A stretch of DNA of 64,000 nucleotides, taken from assembly GCA_024137785.1 (NCBI GenBank), contig JAHRHZ010000107.1:124001-188000 (forward strand), written 5' to 3'. Under the pieces are notes generated by a model, which saw nothing but the letters and a program-made list of their open reading frames with translations, had not been told where the DNA came from and did not search any database. The position numbers and the translations under genes were made by a program. The first letter of the stretch is position 1; the number at the start of each line of letters is the position of its first letter. Below, one piece after another: positions 14,131-27,727 of this stretch. The stretch comes from Ginglymostoma cirratum. Lineage: Eukaryota.

Positions 14131-15838
14131 ACAAAGAACAAAGAACAAAGAAAACTTACAGCCCAGGAACAGGCCCTTCGGCCCTCCAAGCCTGTGCCGA
14201 TCCAAATCCACTGTCTAAACCTATCGCCCAATTCCTAAGGATCTGTATCCCTCTGCTCCCCACCGACTCATGCATCTGTCCAGACGCACCTTAAATGAAT
14301 CTACCGTGCCTGCCTCTACTACCTCTGCTGGCAACGCGTTCCAGGCACCTACCACCCTCTGTGTAAAGTACTTTCCGCGTGTATCCACCTTAAACTTTTC
14401 TCCTCTCACTTGAACGCGTGACCCCTCGTTATGATTCCCTCACCCTGGGAAAAAGCTTATCTCTTCAACCCTGTCTATACCCTTCATGATTTTGAAGACC
14501 TCAATCAGGTCCCCCCTCAATCTCCTTTTTTCTAATGAAAACAATCCTAACCTACTCAACCTCTCTTCATAGCTAGCACCTTCCATACCAGGCAACATCC
14601 TCGTAAACCTTCCCTGTACCCTCTCCAAAGCTTCCACATCCTTTTGGTAATGTGGCGACCAGAACTGTACACAGTATTCTAAATGCGGCCGAACCAAAGT
14701 CTTGTACAATTTTAACATGACCTGCCAGCTCTTATACTCAATACCCCGTCCGATGAAGGCAAGTATACCATATGCCTTCTTGACCACTCTATCCACCTGT
14801 GCAGCCACCTTCAGGGTACAATGGACCTGAACTCCCAGATCTCTCTGCTCATCAACTTTTCCCAAGGCTCTTCCGTTTACAGTATAGTTCGCTCTAGAAT
14901 TAGACCTCCCAAAATGCATCACCTCACACTTGCCCGGATTGAACTCCATCTGCCACTTCTCCGCCCAACTCTCCAGTCTATCTATATTCTCCTGTATTCT
15001 TTGACAATCCCCTATGCTTTCTGCTACTCCCCCAATCTTCGTGTCATCCGCAAACGTACTGATCAGACCACTTATGCCCTCTTCCAGATCATTTATGTAT
15101 ATCACAAACAACAGTGGCCCCAGCACTGATCCCTGTGGAACACCACTGGTCACCTTTCTCCATTTCGAGAAACTCCCTTCAACTACTACTCTCTGTCTCC
15201 TGTTGCTCAACCAGTTCCTTATCCACCTAGCTAGAACACCCTGCACACCATGTGACTTCACCTTCTCCATTAGTCTACGATGGGGAACCTTATCAAACGC
15301 CTTACTAAAGTTCATGTAGATGACATCGACAGCCCTTCCTTCATCTATCAACTTGGTCACTTCCTCAAAGAACTCTATCAAATTAGTAAGGCATGATCTC
15401 CCCCGCACAAAACCATGCTGCCTATCACTGATAAGCCCATTCTTTTCCAAATATAAATAGATTCTATCCCTCAGTACCTTCTCCAGCAACTTTCCCACCA
15501 CTGACGTCAGGCTTACTGGTCTGTAGTTACCTGGAATATCCCTACTATCCTTCTGGTACAGGGGGACAACATTAGCAACTCTCCAGTCCTCTGGCACTTC
15601 ACCTGTGTTTAAGGATGCTACAAAGATATCTGTCAGGGCCCCAGCTATTTCCTCTCTTGCCTCCCTCAGCATCCTGGGATAGATCCCATCCGGTCCAGGG
15701 GATTTGTCCACCTTAATATCCTTTAGCCTACCCAACACATCTTCCCTCCTTATGTCAACGTGATCCAGAGTAAACAAACTTCTATCTCGAATCTCAACAT
15801 TCATCATGTCCCTCTCCTCAGTGAACACTGATGCAAAG
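14131..15838 (-). mobile_element. Young 5'-truncated CR1 LINE with near-intact ORF2 RT domain (pseudogene)
   Basis: 462-aa ORF 14440..15828 with KSPGPDGI, YRPVSLTS, QHGF, GVPQGSVLGPLLF and FADDTK; one frameshift into 14221..14409; (caaagaa)n tail at 14132-14152. Confidence 0.92.
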
Positions 15839-15839
15839 T

Positions 15840-16450
15840 GAGTTGTGAGGTCATTTTGTGGTTATAAGAGACATTGGTTAGAGCACATTTGGAATACTGG
15901 ATTCTGATTTGGATTCTGATCTCTCTGCTGAAGGATGGATGATGTGAAACTTGAAAGGGTTAAGAAAAACAATTGCAAGGATGTTGCCAGGGTTGAAGGA
16001 TTTGTGCTATAAGGAGAGGCTGAATAGGCTGGGTGTATTTTTCCTGGAGCTTCGGAGGCTAAGGGGTTTCCTTGTCGAGGTTTATAAAATCATGAGCGGC
16101 ATGGAGAGGGCCACGAGATAAGGTCTTTTTTTCCGGGGTGTGGGAGTCCAAAACCAGACGGCAGAGATTTAAGATGTGAGGGGAAAGATTTGACAGGAAC
16201 CTAAGGAACAACTTTTTCACACAGAGGCCTGTGTGTGTACGGAACGAGCTGCTAAAGGAAATGGTGGAAATGGGACAATAGCAATATTTAATAGGCATCT
16301 GGATGGTTTTCTGAATAGGAAGCGGTTAGAGGAAAATGGGCCAAATGCTGGCAAGTGGGAGTAGATTTATCTAGGATATCTGGTCCGCCAGGACGAGTTG
16401 GACAAAAGTGTCTGTTCGGATGCTGTGCATGCCTATCACTTTATGACTCT
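15840..16450 (+). mobile_element. Older CR1 LINE 3' fragment (host of the 14131..15838 insertion; left part about 14049-14130)
   Basis: cacatttggaatactgg, gatgttgccaggg and ttttcacacagagg motifs continue the CR1 sequence broken at about 14130. Confidence 0.7.
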
Positions 16451-16964
16451 AATAGGAGTACTGTACTGTTACAACAGTACTATTTTCTACACATTTACAA
16501 ATTTGAAACCTTTCATAACTGGCGAAATTCGAACAAACAGTGGCAACAGCAACGGCACCCTTTACAAGGTTAAAGCTGTGCACTGATAGAAAACACATCA
16601 CAGATTGATTCAATGATTTGTGACGAATGAGCATGTCTTCATGCTGTATTTTTCTCTGTTCGCCTTTTAGCCAGGCCAAAGTTCTTGCAAGTTTTAGCAG
16701 TAGGGTATTTAAAGGTCTCCCATCCCTTCTCATATTTGTGTTTGCGAAATCGTGAGGTTTATACTCTTTGAAGTCCACCCTCTACACATCAAACATTCGC
16801 AAAAGAAAAACACTTCCTTCATTCGCAGAGCAAATATGTGATTTCTTGAGTTTGCCCTCGTTACCCACGCACATCTTCCTGGAGATTTCAACCACGATGT
16901 CTTTAAGTTGCATCTTTTGACATCTCCTGTTCACTGTTCATCTCTTCAATGGCCTTCATCTTTA

Positions 16965-17560
16965 GAATGTAAAACTTAGGAGCAGAAATAGGCCATTCAG
17001 CCCATCAAATCTGCTCCGCTATTAAATAAGGCCAAGGCTAATCTAATTATCCTTAACTTCATTTTCCTTACTTTTCCTTATTGACATTGATTCTTTTACC
17101 GCGTAAAAATCTGTCCATCTTAGCCTTGAAAACACTTAATAACCAAATATCGACAGCCCTTTATAGCAAGAAATCCGACGGATTCACAAACTTCTGAGAG
17201 AAGAAGTTCTTCCTCATCTCTACCTTAAATAGGTAACCCATTACGCTGATGATGTCCAGTCGTCCTAGACTCTCCCACAAGGGGAAACAGCCTTTCCACA
17301 TTTATCCTGCCAAATTTCCAGAGAATCGCAATTGATTCGATAAGATCACCTCTCATTCTTCTAAACTTCAACTAGCATGTACCCAATATATTAATTAGAT
17401 ATGAAAATAATCCTTCCATATTGGAGAAAAACCTCATGAAACTTCTCTGGAATGTCTTCAATTTCAAAACAACGTTCTACAGATAAGGGGATCAAAAACT
17501 GGTGACGGTATTGCTGCTGTTCCTGATTATTGTCTTCGAGAGTTTTAGCAAGAACTCCTT
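16965..17560 (-). mobile_element. CR1 LINE 3' fragment
   Basis: ttaggagcagaaataggccattcagcccatc tail and gagaagaagttcttcctcatctc motif. Confidence 0.6.
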
Positions 17561-17732
17561 GCGCAGTTCATAAGAAAGATGACCAGATATGTGAGTTAAT
17601 TTTCAGGTGTTGATACTTTTCACATGTGACAGGGTTTGTCCCCAATTTGCATAATGACCTACTTATGGAAAGAAGAGTTGAGAAGTAAGTCATTCACCAC
17701 GCCTTGCTTAAAAATAACTACTTACTAATTAT

Positions 17733-17830
17733 GAGGTAACAAGGTGCAGAGCTGGATGAAAACAGCAGGCCAAGCAGCATCAGAGGAGCAGGAAGGCTGA
17801 CGTTTCAGGCCTTGGCCCTTCTTCAGAAAA
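17733..17830 (-). mobile_element. Penelope-derived pseudo-LTR fragment with hammerhead-like core
   Basis: Reverse complement CTGAAGA-A-GGGCCAAGGCCT-GAAA-CGTC-AGCCTTCCTGCTCCTCTGATGCTGCTTGGCCTGCTG; same family as 61507..61872. Confidence 0.65.
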
Positions 17831-18828
17831 TTTTCATCAAGATCGGCACTGATCAAATGCAGAATCAATGACATCGACCAAAACTGTAGTCAATGAGAGC
17901 CAGATGGAAAACTACCTGTTTGCTTGCATTATAGCTGGAAATTAAGGCAGTTTTGAGCAGTTGGAGATCAGTCATATCAGCTCCAGGACATCTCTGTTGA
18001 AGTTCGTCGGGGGAATGACCTTGGCTGAACTACCTTCATCTGCTTCATCAATGACCACCCCTTCCTCCCCCCCCCACCATCATAAGGTCAGAAGAAGGGA
18101 TATTCACTGATGATTGCACAACGTTCAACACCATTCACGACTCTTCAAATACTCAGGCAGTCCACGTCCAAAAGTAACAAGACGTGAATCCATAGCCAGC
18201 TTTGTGCTGACACGTGGTAAGGAACATTCCCACTGCACAACTGCCTGGCAATGGCTGTCTCCAACAAAAAATGTCTATCAATTGCCTCGAGACATTCAGT
18301 GATATTACCATTGCAGGATCCCCAATGTCGACAAACTGAGCGTTATCATTAGCCAGAAGCTGAACTTGTCTTACAATATAAATAGAGTAAAAATGCTAAC
18401 ACATCAGAGGCTAGAAATCTGGGCGAGGAACTACAGGATGATGCATTTTCTCTCGAAGTCAAAGATATCATGATGTGGCTGCAGAATTCCTTCTCAGGAA
18501 GCGAGTACAGACAGAAACCATTCTCCTCATTGGTACCAACAAATACAGGAAGAAGAATGAAGTCCAGAAGATAGATTTCAGCGAGTTAAAAAGGAAATTA
18601 AAAGGCAGATCCTCCAAGGTACTAATTTTAGGATTATTCTCTGCCGTGTGCTCGTGACTATAAGAATAGAAGAATTGATTAGTTACACATGTGTTTGGTT
18701 ATGGAGAGAGGAAAGTGGATTTTTGAGGATTTCGGAACAATTAAGCAGCAGGTTGTTCGGTGGAGTCTGAACGTCCTGTGTTTTCACTGGCCGAGCCAAA
18801 TCCTTGTTTCAAACAACAGTGATAAATT

Positions 18829-19029
18829 AGAGACAGTAAGGACTGCGGATTCTGGAAGCCAGAGTCAATATTTGTGGAGCTGGTAAAGCATAGCAGGTCA
18901 CGAAGCATTCGAGGAGATGGAAAGTCAATGTTTTGGCTCCTGAGAAAGGGTTTCGACTTAGAATGTTAATTTTCCTGCTCCTCAGAAGCTGTCTGACCTG
19001 CTGTGCTTTTCCAGCTCCAAATTAATTGG
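18829..19029. mobile_element. Palindromic Penelope-derived element with 12-bp TSD
   Basis: Inverted arms (ggagctggtaaagcatagcaggtca / tgacctgctgtgcttttccagctcc); flanking direct repeat CAGTGATAAATT at 18817-18828 and 19030-19041. Confidence 0.7.
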
Positions 19030-20407
19030 CAGTGATAAATTGCTCTGGGGTTTCTCATCGTGATATCAATGTTGCCTCCATCGAAACACCTTTTTCTAAT
19101 CTGTTTTAAAATGCTCAGTCGACCATCTATCGAAATTAGCTAGCAAACAACTGGCCGTGTCAGATGCAATATGGCAACACTGCATATTGTTCAAAGATGG
19201 ATATCTCAACTACATTAGTTTGTGGTATCAAGAAGTGGCTGAAAGCACTGAACACAGCAAAGCCTATTGATGTCGTCAATGTCCAAGATATGTTGTCCGA
19301 AACTGGCAACTTCCCTGCAAACGTTCTTCCAGTATAATTAAAATACTCTCGTCATACAGCAGCTGAGAAACCTACCAATATATATTCTGTCATGGATTAC
19401 AAGGCAAATGAGAAACAGAAGTTATCACCACAGTTGACTGTTGTCAGGTATTAAAATAATGAAGGACCATCTCGGCGACAGTGTGATTAACAATAACATG
19501 CCCTCCAGCTCTCAAGTTGTCACTTCATTACAAACGTATCCAAAGCGTACATTTATACGGATAGTCTATTTCAGTTTTTGGTTAATCGTAACTCGCAGGA
19601 TGTTGGTATTCAATGACTGTAATGCCATTGCATTTCAAATAGGGACAGCTAAATTCTTCCTTGTTGTCGACGGTCGTTGGCTGGATCTCAGTGCATTTGA
19701 AATCCACGAAAGTAAAAACAAAATCAGTGAAAACATCATCTGAAATCTGATTCTTTGTCTAATGAAAGGGACGTACAATCGAGATATGGATATGCACAGA
19801 CAATCTTTCTCTCTATATATATATAATACAGGCGCAAATGTGTGATATCTATGTATATACTTTTCTCGCTGTACGTATGTGCACACATACACACGTATAA
19901 ATATTCATTTCTGTCACATTTCTAACGTATTTGGTCGGTACCTTAACTCCATTGCCCTCTTTCTGCCAGATTCTTTAACGACCTGTGCTGACGTAGAATC
20001 ATGGAGGTCGACAGCACAGTAAAAGGCCAGTCCCACCATCTTGGGATAAGTATGGTGAACCTTCTTTGCGCTCCCTATATGGAAATAATATCTTTCAAGC
20101 GATAAGGAGTAAAAGATTCAAGCAATACTCCAGGTGAGGTCTAAAAATGCTCCTATACTAATGAGGCAACACTTCAAAACTCCTGTCATCAATTTCTGTT
20201 GTGATAAAGGCTGAAATTCCATAACTTGTCTAACAGCTTGCGGCAAATGCATGTTTCTGGGAAAGGACACCCAAAACCTTTTTTAATTCTTCATTCTTCA
20301 ACCTTTCATCGTTTAACAAATATTCTGCGCGTTGATTCTTTCCACAAGAGTGGATAACTGCTCATTTCCTCAGGGTTTTTTGCTTCCCCATCTGCCATGA
20401 TCAGTGA

Positions 20408-21935
20408 TAGAACAAAGAACACAGAACAGTACAGCGCAGTGCAGGCCCTTCAGCCCACGATGTTGTGCTGATCTATTCTCCTCCTCGAAGATCAAACTAT
20501 CCTGCATACCCTACAATTTACTATCATACACGAGCCTATTGAAGAGTCGCTTAAATGTCCCCAATGTATCTGACTCCACGACCACCGCTGACAGCTCATT
20601 CCGAGTACACACTACTCTCTGTGTAAAGAACCTACCGTTGACATCTCCCCTATGCCTTCCTCCAATTACCTTACCCCTCTTAATAATCAATTCCGCTCCG
20701 GGAAAAATTCTCTGGCTGTGCACTCTATCTATGCCCCTCATCATCTTGTACATCTCTATCAAATCACCTTTCATCCTTCTTTGCTCCAATGAGAAAATTC
20801 CCAGATCCCTCAACCTTTCCACATAAGACCTGCCCTCCAGGCCAGGCAACATTCTGGTAAATCTCTTCTGCACCCTTCCTAAAGCTTCCACATCCTTCCT
20901 AAAATGAGGCAACTAGCACTGCTCTCAATATTCCAAGTGGAGTCTAACCAGGGTTTTATAGAGCTGCAGCATAACCTCACGTCTCTTAAACTCAATTCCC
21001 CTGCCAATGAAAGCCAACACACCGTCCGCCTTCTTAATGATCCTGTCAACTTTGGCAGCAAATTTGAGGGATCTATGGATGCGGACCCCAAGATCCCTTT
21101 GTTCCTCCACACTGCTAAGAATCCTGCCATTAACCCTGTATTCTGCATTCAAATTAGACCTTCCAACATGAATCACTTCACATTTCTCTGGGTTGAATTC
21201 CATCTACCACTTCTTTCCCCAGCTCCACATCCTGCCAATGTCCCGTTGCAACCTACAACAGCCCTTCACGCTATCCACAGCTCCACCATCTTTCGTGTCA
21301 TCGACAAACTTACTAACCCACGCTTCCAATTCCTCATCCAAGTCATTTATAAAGGTCAAAGAGCAGAGGTCCCAGAACAGATCCCCGCGGAACACCGCTG
21401 GTCACTGAGATCCAGGCTGAATACTTTCCATCAACTACCGCCCTCTGTCTTCTACTCGACAGCCAATTCTGCATCCAGACAGCCATATTCCTCTGAATCC
21501 CATGCCTCCTTACTTTCTACATGACCCTATTCTGGGGAACCTTCTCAAATACCTTGCTAAAATCCATATGGACCACATCCACTACTCTGCCTTCATCAAT
21601 GTGTTTTGTCACATCCTCAAAGAATTCGATAAGATTTCTGAGGCATGACCTGCCCCTCGCAAAGCCATGGTGACTATTTCTTATCAAACTGCATTTTCAA
21701 ATAATCATAAATACTATCACTCAGAATCCTCTCCAATAATAAGCCCACCAACGAAGTAAGACTGACTGGTCTGTAATGACCAGGATCATCCCTTTTCCTT
21801 TTCTTGAAAAAGGGAATGACATTTGCCACCCTCCAAATATCTGGTCCTACTCCAGTGGACAGTGAGGAAGCAAAGATCATCGCCAAACACGCAGCAATCT
21901 CTTCACTAGTTCCAGTAGTAACATTGGGTATGTCC
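20408..21935 (-). mobile_element. CR1 LINE RT/3' region, frameshifted
   Basis: Minus-strand ORFs with YRPVSLTS, FVDDTK, MEFNPEKCEVIH and FFTQRVV; tail agaacaaagaacacagaac. Confidence 0.85.
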
Positions 21936-24224
21936 AATATTGATTTAGGATGAATTAGCTTAGGATCATTGGCGATTTTACTTCATGCCCCTAGTATCCA
22001 GATCAAAGATCTCTTGTGCGACTTGAACATTTTTTTCAGCTTCTCCAGCTACTTCAAAGCTTGTTCTCTGTGAAATTCTCGGTTTCATGTTCTTGAAGCC
22101 CTTAAAAAAGTCCTCGAACATTGTCAACTTGATTCAAAATGTTCCAGAGATTTTATGCAGGGGTATTGGTGTGGCCGGCCTTTTCTAAACATCTACATCT
22201 TCTTGGAGGTATCAGCCATGATATCAACAACTTGCACATTTCGTTATTTCCTGTTTGCTGTTTATCTCAGTTCACCAATTCCGATTTTATATGGTTGAGA
22301 GGAATCCTGACCAGAGACATTAATTTTAATCAAAAGTGTGGAATCTGTTTCTCGTGGATGGGTTCGCCCTAATTTTCAACTTTTTGTATCCTGAAGAGAT
22401 AATATTTAATAAGTATTGACGTTCCTGAAAAATGTGATCGCTGAACACAAGTGTGTACTATCAATGCAGATCTTAATCCATGGATTAAATTGTGTGTCTT
22501 TAAAGACTAACGATTATTTACGGTAATTGGTTCAGTTGGAACAGGATAGAGCGAGATAATTTTCATCATTGCTGGGTAGGTGCAAATGTTGTGGCTGTAC
22601 TGGAACAACTTGTTTCGTGGCATGGCAGATTTTGGAGCACAAGTGTTCAGTACAATTGTAGCAATGTTGTCAGGCCTCATAATCTTTGCAATATCCAGAG
22701 CCTCCAACCATGAGTCGAAACTGAACATTTACATCTTCGATTTCTGGGCGTCTGCAGAAGCAGAAATTTCAGAAGAAAGCTGACCACCTTCTCACGTGCA
22801 ACAAGGAAGGGGCACAATAGTTAGCTCAGCTGTGAGATCGACATCCCACGAATTAACATCAATTAGAAAAGAGGAGCACGCTAATTTTCAATCAACAGCA
22901 TCTTCAATGCGCATATTTCTTTTGACAGAAATAGACAGAAAGTACTTGAAATGACAAGAAGCACCAAGTTTACTTCTAAGCTTGCTATAATATCGCCACC
23001 CGTGTTCTCTCACTATTTTAAGAAGCTGTAATAGAATTTTCTGACAGAAATGTGGGATTTTCTCCTGATAGAATGAAGTACTTGAAGAAGATGTCATGCC
23101 AGTACTTTCTCAAGGCTAATTTTGGAACTGTAACATGACTTGCCAGTGTCGCTTATTTACAAAGATTCAAATAACAATGAATAAAAGCTTATTACTCTAT
23201 CTAAAAGAAGCCACTGTGTATTATGTGGCCAATATGCAACTTATGATAGCTAGCGTGCATTCTCTCCGTCAGGATCTGTTTGGTGACAAATTCTCAATCG
23301 TTATAATTTGAAAAGATTGTTCTGGACAGTAATCGATGTGAGGAAATACAGTTATTGATTGCAAGGGAGCGTGAAAGTAATGGCAATAAGAGACAAGAAA
23401 TGTGCTAGTTCCTTCTTTTAGTTCCCTTGTGATACAGAAACTTTGGGCTAAATGTGACTTTGGGGAGAACCCGACTGCTTATTGCGGTAAACACCGCAAA
23501 TATTGATTGGCTGAACTCCAGGTTGTATTTACTTGCAGAAAATTTAAACATTTGAAACTGTATGAATCCATTTCATGGATTGCTGTCGTTCAGCTTGTTT
23601 AATTGTGTTCTTTCATAAAATACAATGTATCAAGTCGTGTGCGTGAGGTCATGAGGGTCGTTATTACACAAAAGAACTTACATCTACATGGGAAGTTTAA
23701 CCGTCTCATGCCAACTGGAGAGCTTCACAAACAATGAATGTTTTTGTAGGGACTGCAGTGTCAGAAATATTCGTGGATACCCTGTTATAAACTCGGAGAC
23801 CAATTCTAAATATTATTTCCTTATCCATTTGGATATATATTTCTTGTTTAATATTCTTCCAGCAACATCCAGAATTGCTGACGCATTTTAGATTGCTCCC
23901 TGCAAGAAACTCTGTATTTGTTAAGAATTCTAAGCATTCCCGCGAAAGCCATGAAAACATTTTGGTTGGAATTGGTATCCAGGAATAATGAGTTGCCATA
24001 GATTCTGAATCGAGACAGATTTACGGGCGTTCTGGCGAAGATTTGAACTTTCCATGTAAACGTTTTTGTGGATTGACATAATGTTAGCTTTCTGTGTGCG
24101 CCTGACAAGTGGATGAATGGATTCTGATCGTAAATGCAGGAAAATTAGATCAGAATTATGAACCTGAAAAGCTGCCTATATTCACATACTTGAAATGAAC
24201 CTGCAAAATCTATCAATAAAAAAT

Positions 24225-26120
24225 CATAAGACCTTAAGATATAGGAGTAAGAATAAAGTCATTCAGCATATTCGAGTCTCCATTGTCATTTGATCATGGC
24301 TGATATGCTTGTCAACACCATTCTGCTGCCTTCTCCCGGTAACACTTGATGCTCTTATTAATTAAGACCCTCAGTCTCTCTTAAAACACTCAATGACTTG
24401 TGCCACATACTTCTGTGCTAATTCATTCCACAGATTCACCCCATTCTTACCGAAGAAGTTCCTCCTCATCTCAATACTAAAGGATTGTCCCTCCTTTCTG
24501 CGGCAATGCTTTCGGGTCGAAGTCTCTTCTCCAAGTGGAATTATCTTCTCCACGTCTACACTAAGCAAGCCTCTTAGTATTCTGTAAGAGTCAATGACAT
24601 CCCCCCTCATTCTTAAAATTGCATTGAGTCAGAGTAAAGGTCCTCAACTGCTCCTCATCTGATAAGCCACTCATCCCCTGGAATACTCTTATAAACCTCC
24701 TCTGAACCCCCTCCGATGCCAGCACGTCCTTCCTGAGGGACGGAACTCAAAACCGCTCACAATATTCCAAATGTGGTCTTTGTACACCCTCAGAGTTATA
24801 TCCCTGCTCTTGTATTCTCGTACTTTTGATTTGAATGCTAACCTTGCATTTACCTTCCTACTTGCCACCTGCATGTTCACCTTAAGAGGATCCAGAACTC
24901 GGATTCCCAAATTCCTTTGTGCTTCAGATTTCAGAAGTCTTTCTCCATTGAGTAATAGCCTCCGTCTCTATTCTTCCAGCCAAAATTCATAACCTCACAT
25001 TATATTCCATCTACCAGTTCTTTGCTATTCCCTCAGCCTGTCAAAGACCTACTGCAGCCTCCCTGCTTCCACATTACTTGCCCCTCGACTTATCTTTGTG
25101 TCATCTGCCAACTTTGTAAAAATGCCTTCAGATTCTTCATCTTGGTCGTTTATGAATAACGTGAATAGTTACGGTTCCAAAATTTATACCTGTGGAACTC
25201 CAATTAGCACTGGTTACCATCCTGAAATAGATACCTTTATCCCCACTCTTTGCCTTCTGCCAGTTAGCCAACCCTCTATTTATGGTCGTACATTCCCTCA
25301 AATACCAAGGCTCTTATCGTATTTCGCAGCCTCCTATTCTTGTCAAAACCCTTCTGGAAACCCAAATAGATCACATCCACTAGTTCTCCTTTGTCCAACT
25401 TACTGATTACCTCATCAAAGAATTCTAACAGATTTGTGAGACATGGCTTGCCAATGATGAAGCCGTGCTGACCCAGCCCTATTTTACCAAACACATACAA
25501 GTAGTCTGCAATCTCGCCTTGAATAATTGACTCTAAAATGTTACCAAAGACTGCGGTCAAACTTACTGGTCTACATTTTTCTGTTTTCCGACTTCCTCCT
25601 TTCTTAAACAGGTGTGTTACATTAAACAATTTCTAGCCCTCTGGTACCCTCCCAGACTACACTTATTCCTAAAAGATCATCACCAATGTCTCCATGATCT
25701 CCTCAGCTGTCTCCTTCAGAACTTTGGAGTTTGGCGCATCTGGTACGGGTGATTTATCCATCGTCTGACCAATCAGCTTCACCAGAACCTTCTCCTCAGT
25801 GATGGACTCTACACACACCCTTGTTCTTTGACTCTTTCGAAGTTTTGGTATATTACTGGAGTCTTCCACCGTGAGGGCTGTTGCAAAGCACCTATTCAGT
25901 TCCTGGGCATTTTTTTCGTCCTAATTACTGCTTCTCCAGCCTCGTTTCCCAGTGGTCACATGTTCATTCTTGCCTCTCTGTTACCTTCTATATATCTAAA
26001 AATATCTCTTGTCATCTTCTTTTGCATTACAAGTTAGATTAATCTCACATTTCATTTTCTTCCCCTTTTTGTTTGCTTTCCACTGCTGCTTTTAGAGATT
26101 TCCTTATCCTCTCGTTTCCC
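24225..26120 (-). mobile_element. Older CR1 LINE (continues at about 27730-28310 beyond the nested copy)
   Basis: Minus-strand ORFs with CRPVSLTA, QHGF..KPCLTNLLEFF and DKSPVPDA. Confidence 0.75.
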
Positions 26121-26123
26121 ACG

Positions 26124-27727
26124 TAAGACCATAAGACCATAGGACAGAGGAGTGGAAGTAAGGCCACTCGGCCCATCGAGCCCACTCAGCCATTTCATCA
26201 TGGCTGATGGGCATTTCAACTCCACTTACCCGCACTCTCCCTGTAGCCCTTGATTCCTTGCGAGATCAAGAATTTATCAATCTCTGCCTTGAAGACATTC
26301 AACGTCCCAGCCTCCACTGCGTTCCGTGGCAATGAATTCCACAGGCCCAACACTCTCTGGCTGAAGAAATGTCTCCTCATTTCCACTCTAAATTGACCCC
26401 CTCTAATTCCAAGGCTGTGCCCACTGGTCCTAGTATCCCCACCTAACGGAAACAACTTCCCAGCGTCCACCCTTTCTGAGCCATGCATTGTCTTGTAAGT
26501 TTCTGTTAGATCTCCCCTCAACCTTCTAAACTCTAATGAATACAATCCCAGGATCCTCAGCCATTCATTGGATGTTAGGCCTACCATTCCAGGGATCATC
26601 TGTGTGAATCTCCGCTGGACACGCTCCAGTGTCAGTATGTCCTTCCTGAGGTGTGGGGCCCAAAATTGGACACAGTATTCTAAATGGGGCCTAACTAGAG
26701 CTTTATAAAGTCTCAGAAGCACATCACTGCTTTTATATTCCAACCCTCTTGAGATAAATGACAACATTCCATTCGCTTTCTTAATCACAGACTCAACCTG
26801 CAAGTTAACCTTTAGAGAATCCTGGACTGGCACTCCCAGATCCCTTTGTACTTCGGCTTTATGAATTTTCTCACCGTTCAGAAAATAGTCCGCGCCTGTA
26901 TTCTTTTTTCCAAGGTGCAAGACCTCGCATTTGCTCACGTTGAATTTCAGCAGCCATTTCCTGGACCACTCTCCTGAACTGTCTAAATCATTCTGCAGCC
27001 TCCCCACCTCCTCCGTCCTACCTGCCTGTCCACCCAACTTCGTATCATCGGCAAACTTCGCCAGAATGCCCCCAATCGCTTCATCCAGATCATTAATATA
27101 TAAGGTGAACAGCTGCGGCCCCAACACTGAACCCTGCAGGACACCACTTGTCACCGGTTCCGAAAGACCATTCCAAAAAAGAGCCTTTTATCCCAACTCT
27201 CTGCCTTCTGTCCGACAGCCAATCCTCAATCCATGCCAGTAACTCACCTCGAACACCATGGGCCCTCACCTTACTCAGCAGCCTCACGTGAGGCACCTTG
27301 TCAAAGGCCTTTTGGAAGTCGAGACAGATACCATCCATTGGGTTTCCCTTTTCGTACCTACTTGTAACCTCCTCAAGGAATTCTAACAGGTTTGTCAGAC
27401 ACGACCTCCCCTTACTAAATCCATGCTGACTTGTTCTAATCCGACCCTGCACTTCTAAGAATTTAGAAATCTCATCCTTAACGATAGATTCTAGAATTTT
27501 ACCAACAACCGAGGTTAGGCTAATCGGCCTATAATTTTCCATATTTTGTCTTGATCCTTTCTTAAACAAGGGGGTTACAACAGCGATTTTCCAATCTTCT
27601 GGAACTTCCCCTGACTCCAGTGACTTTTGAAAGATCACAACCAACGCCTCTGCTACTTCCTCAGCCACCTCCCTCAGAACTCTAGGATGCAGCCCATCGG
27701 GGCCAGGAGGTTTATCAATTTTTAGAC
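26124..27727 (-). mobile_element. Young 5'-truncated CR1 LINE nested in an older CR1
   Basis: ORFs 27093..27668 and 26216..27154 (one frameshift) with YRPISLTS, CLDFQKAFDKV, GSVLGPQLF and FADDTK; (taagacca)n tail at 26124. Confidence 0.9.
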
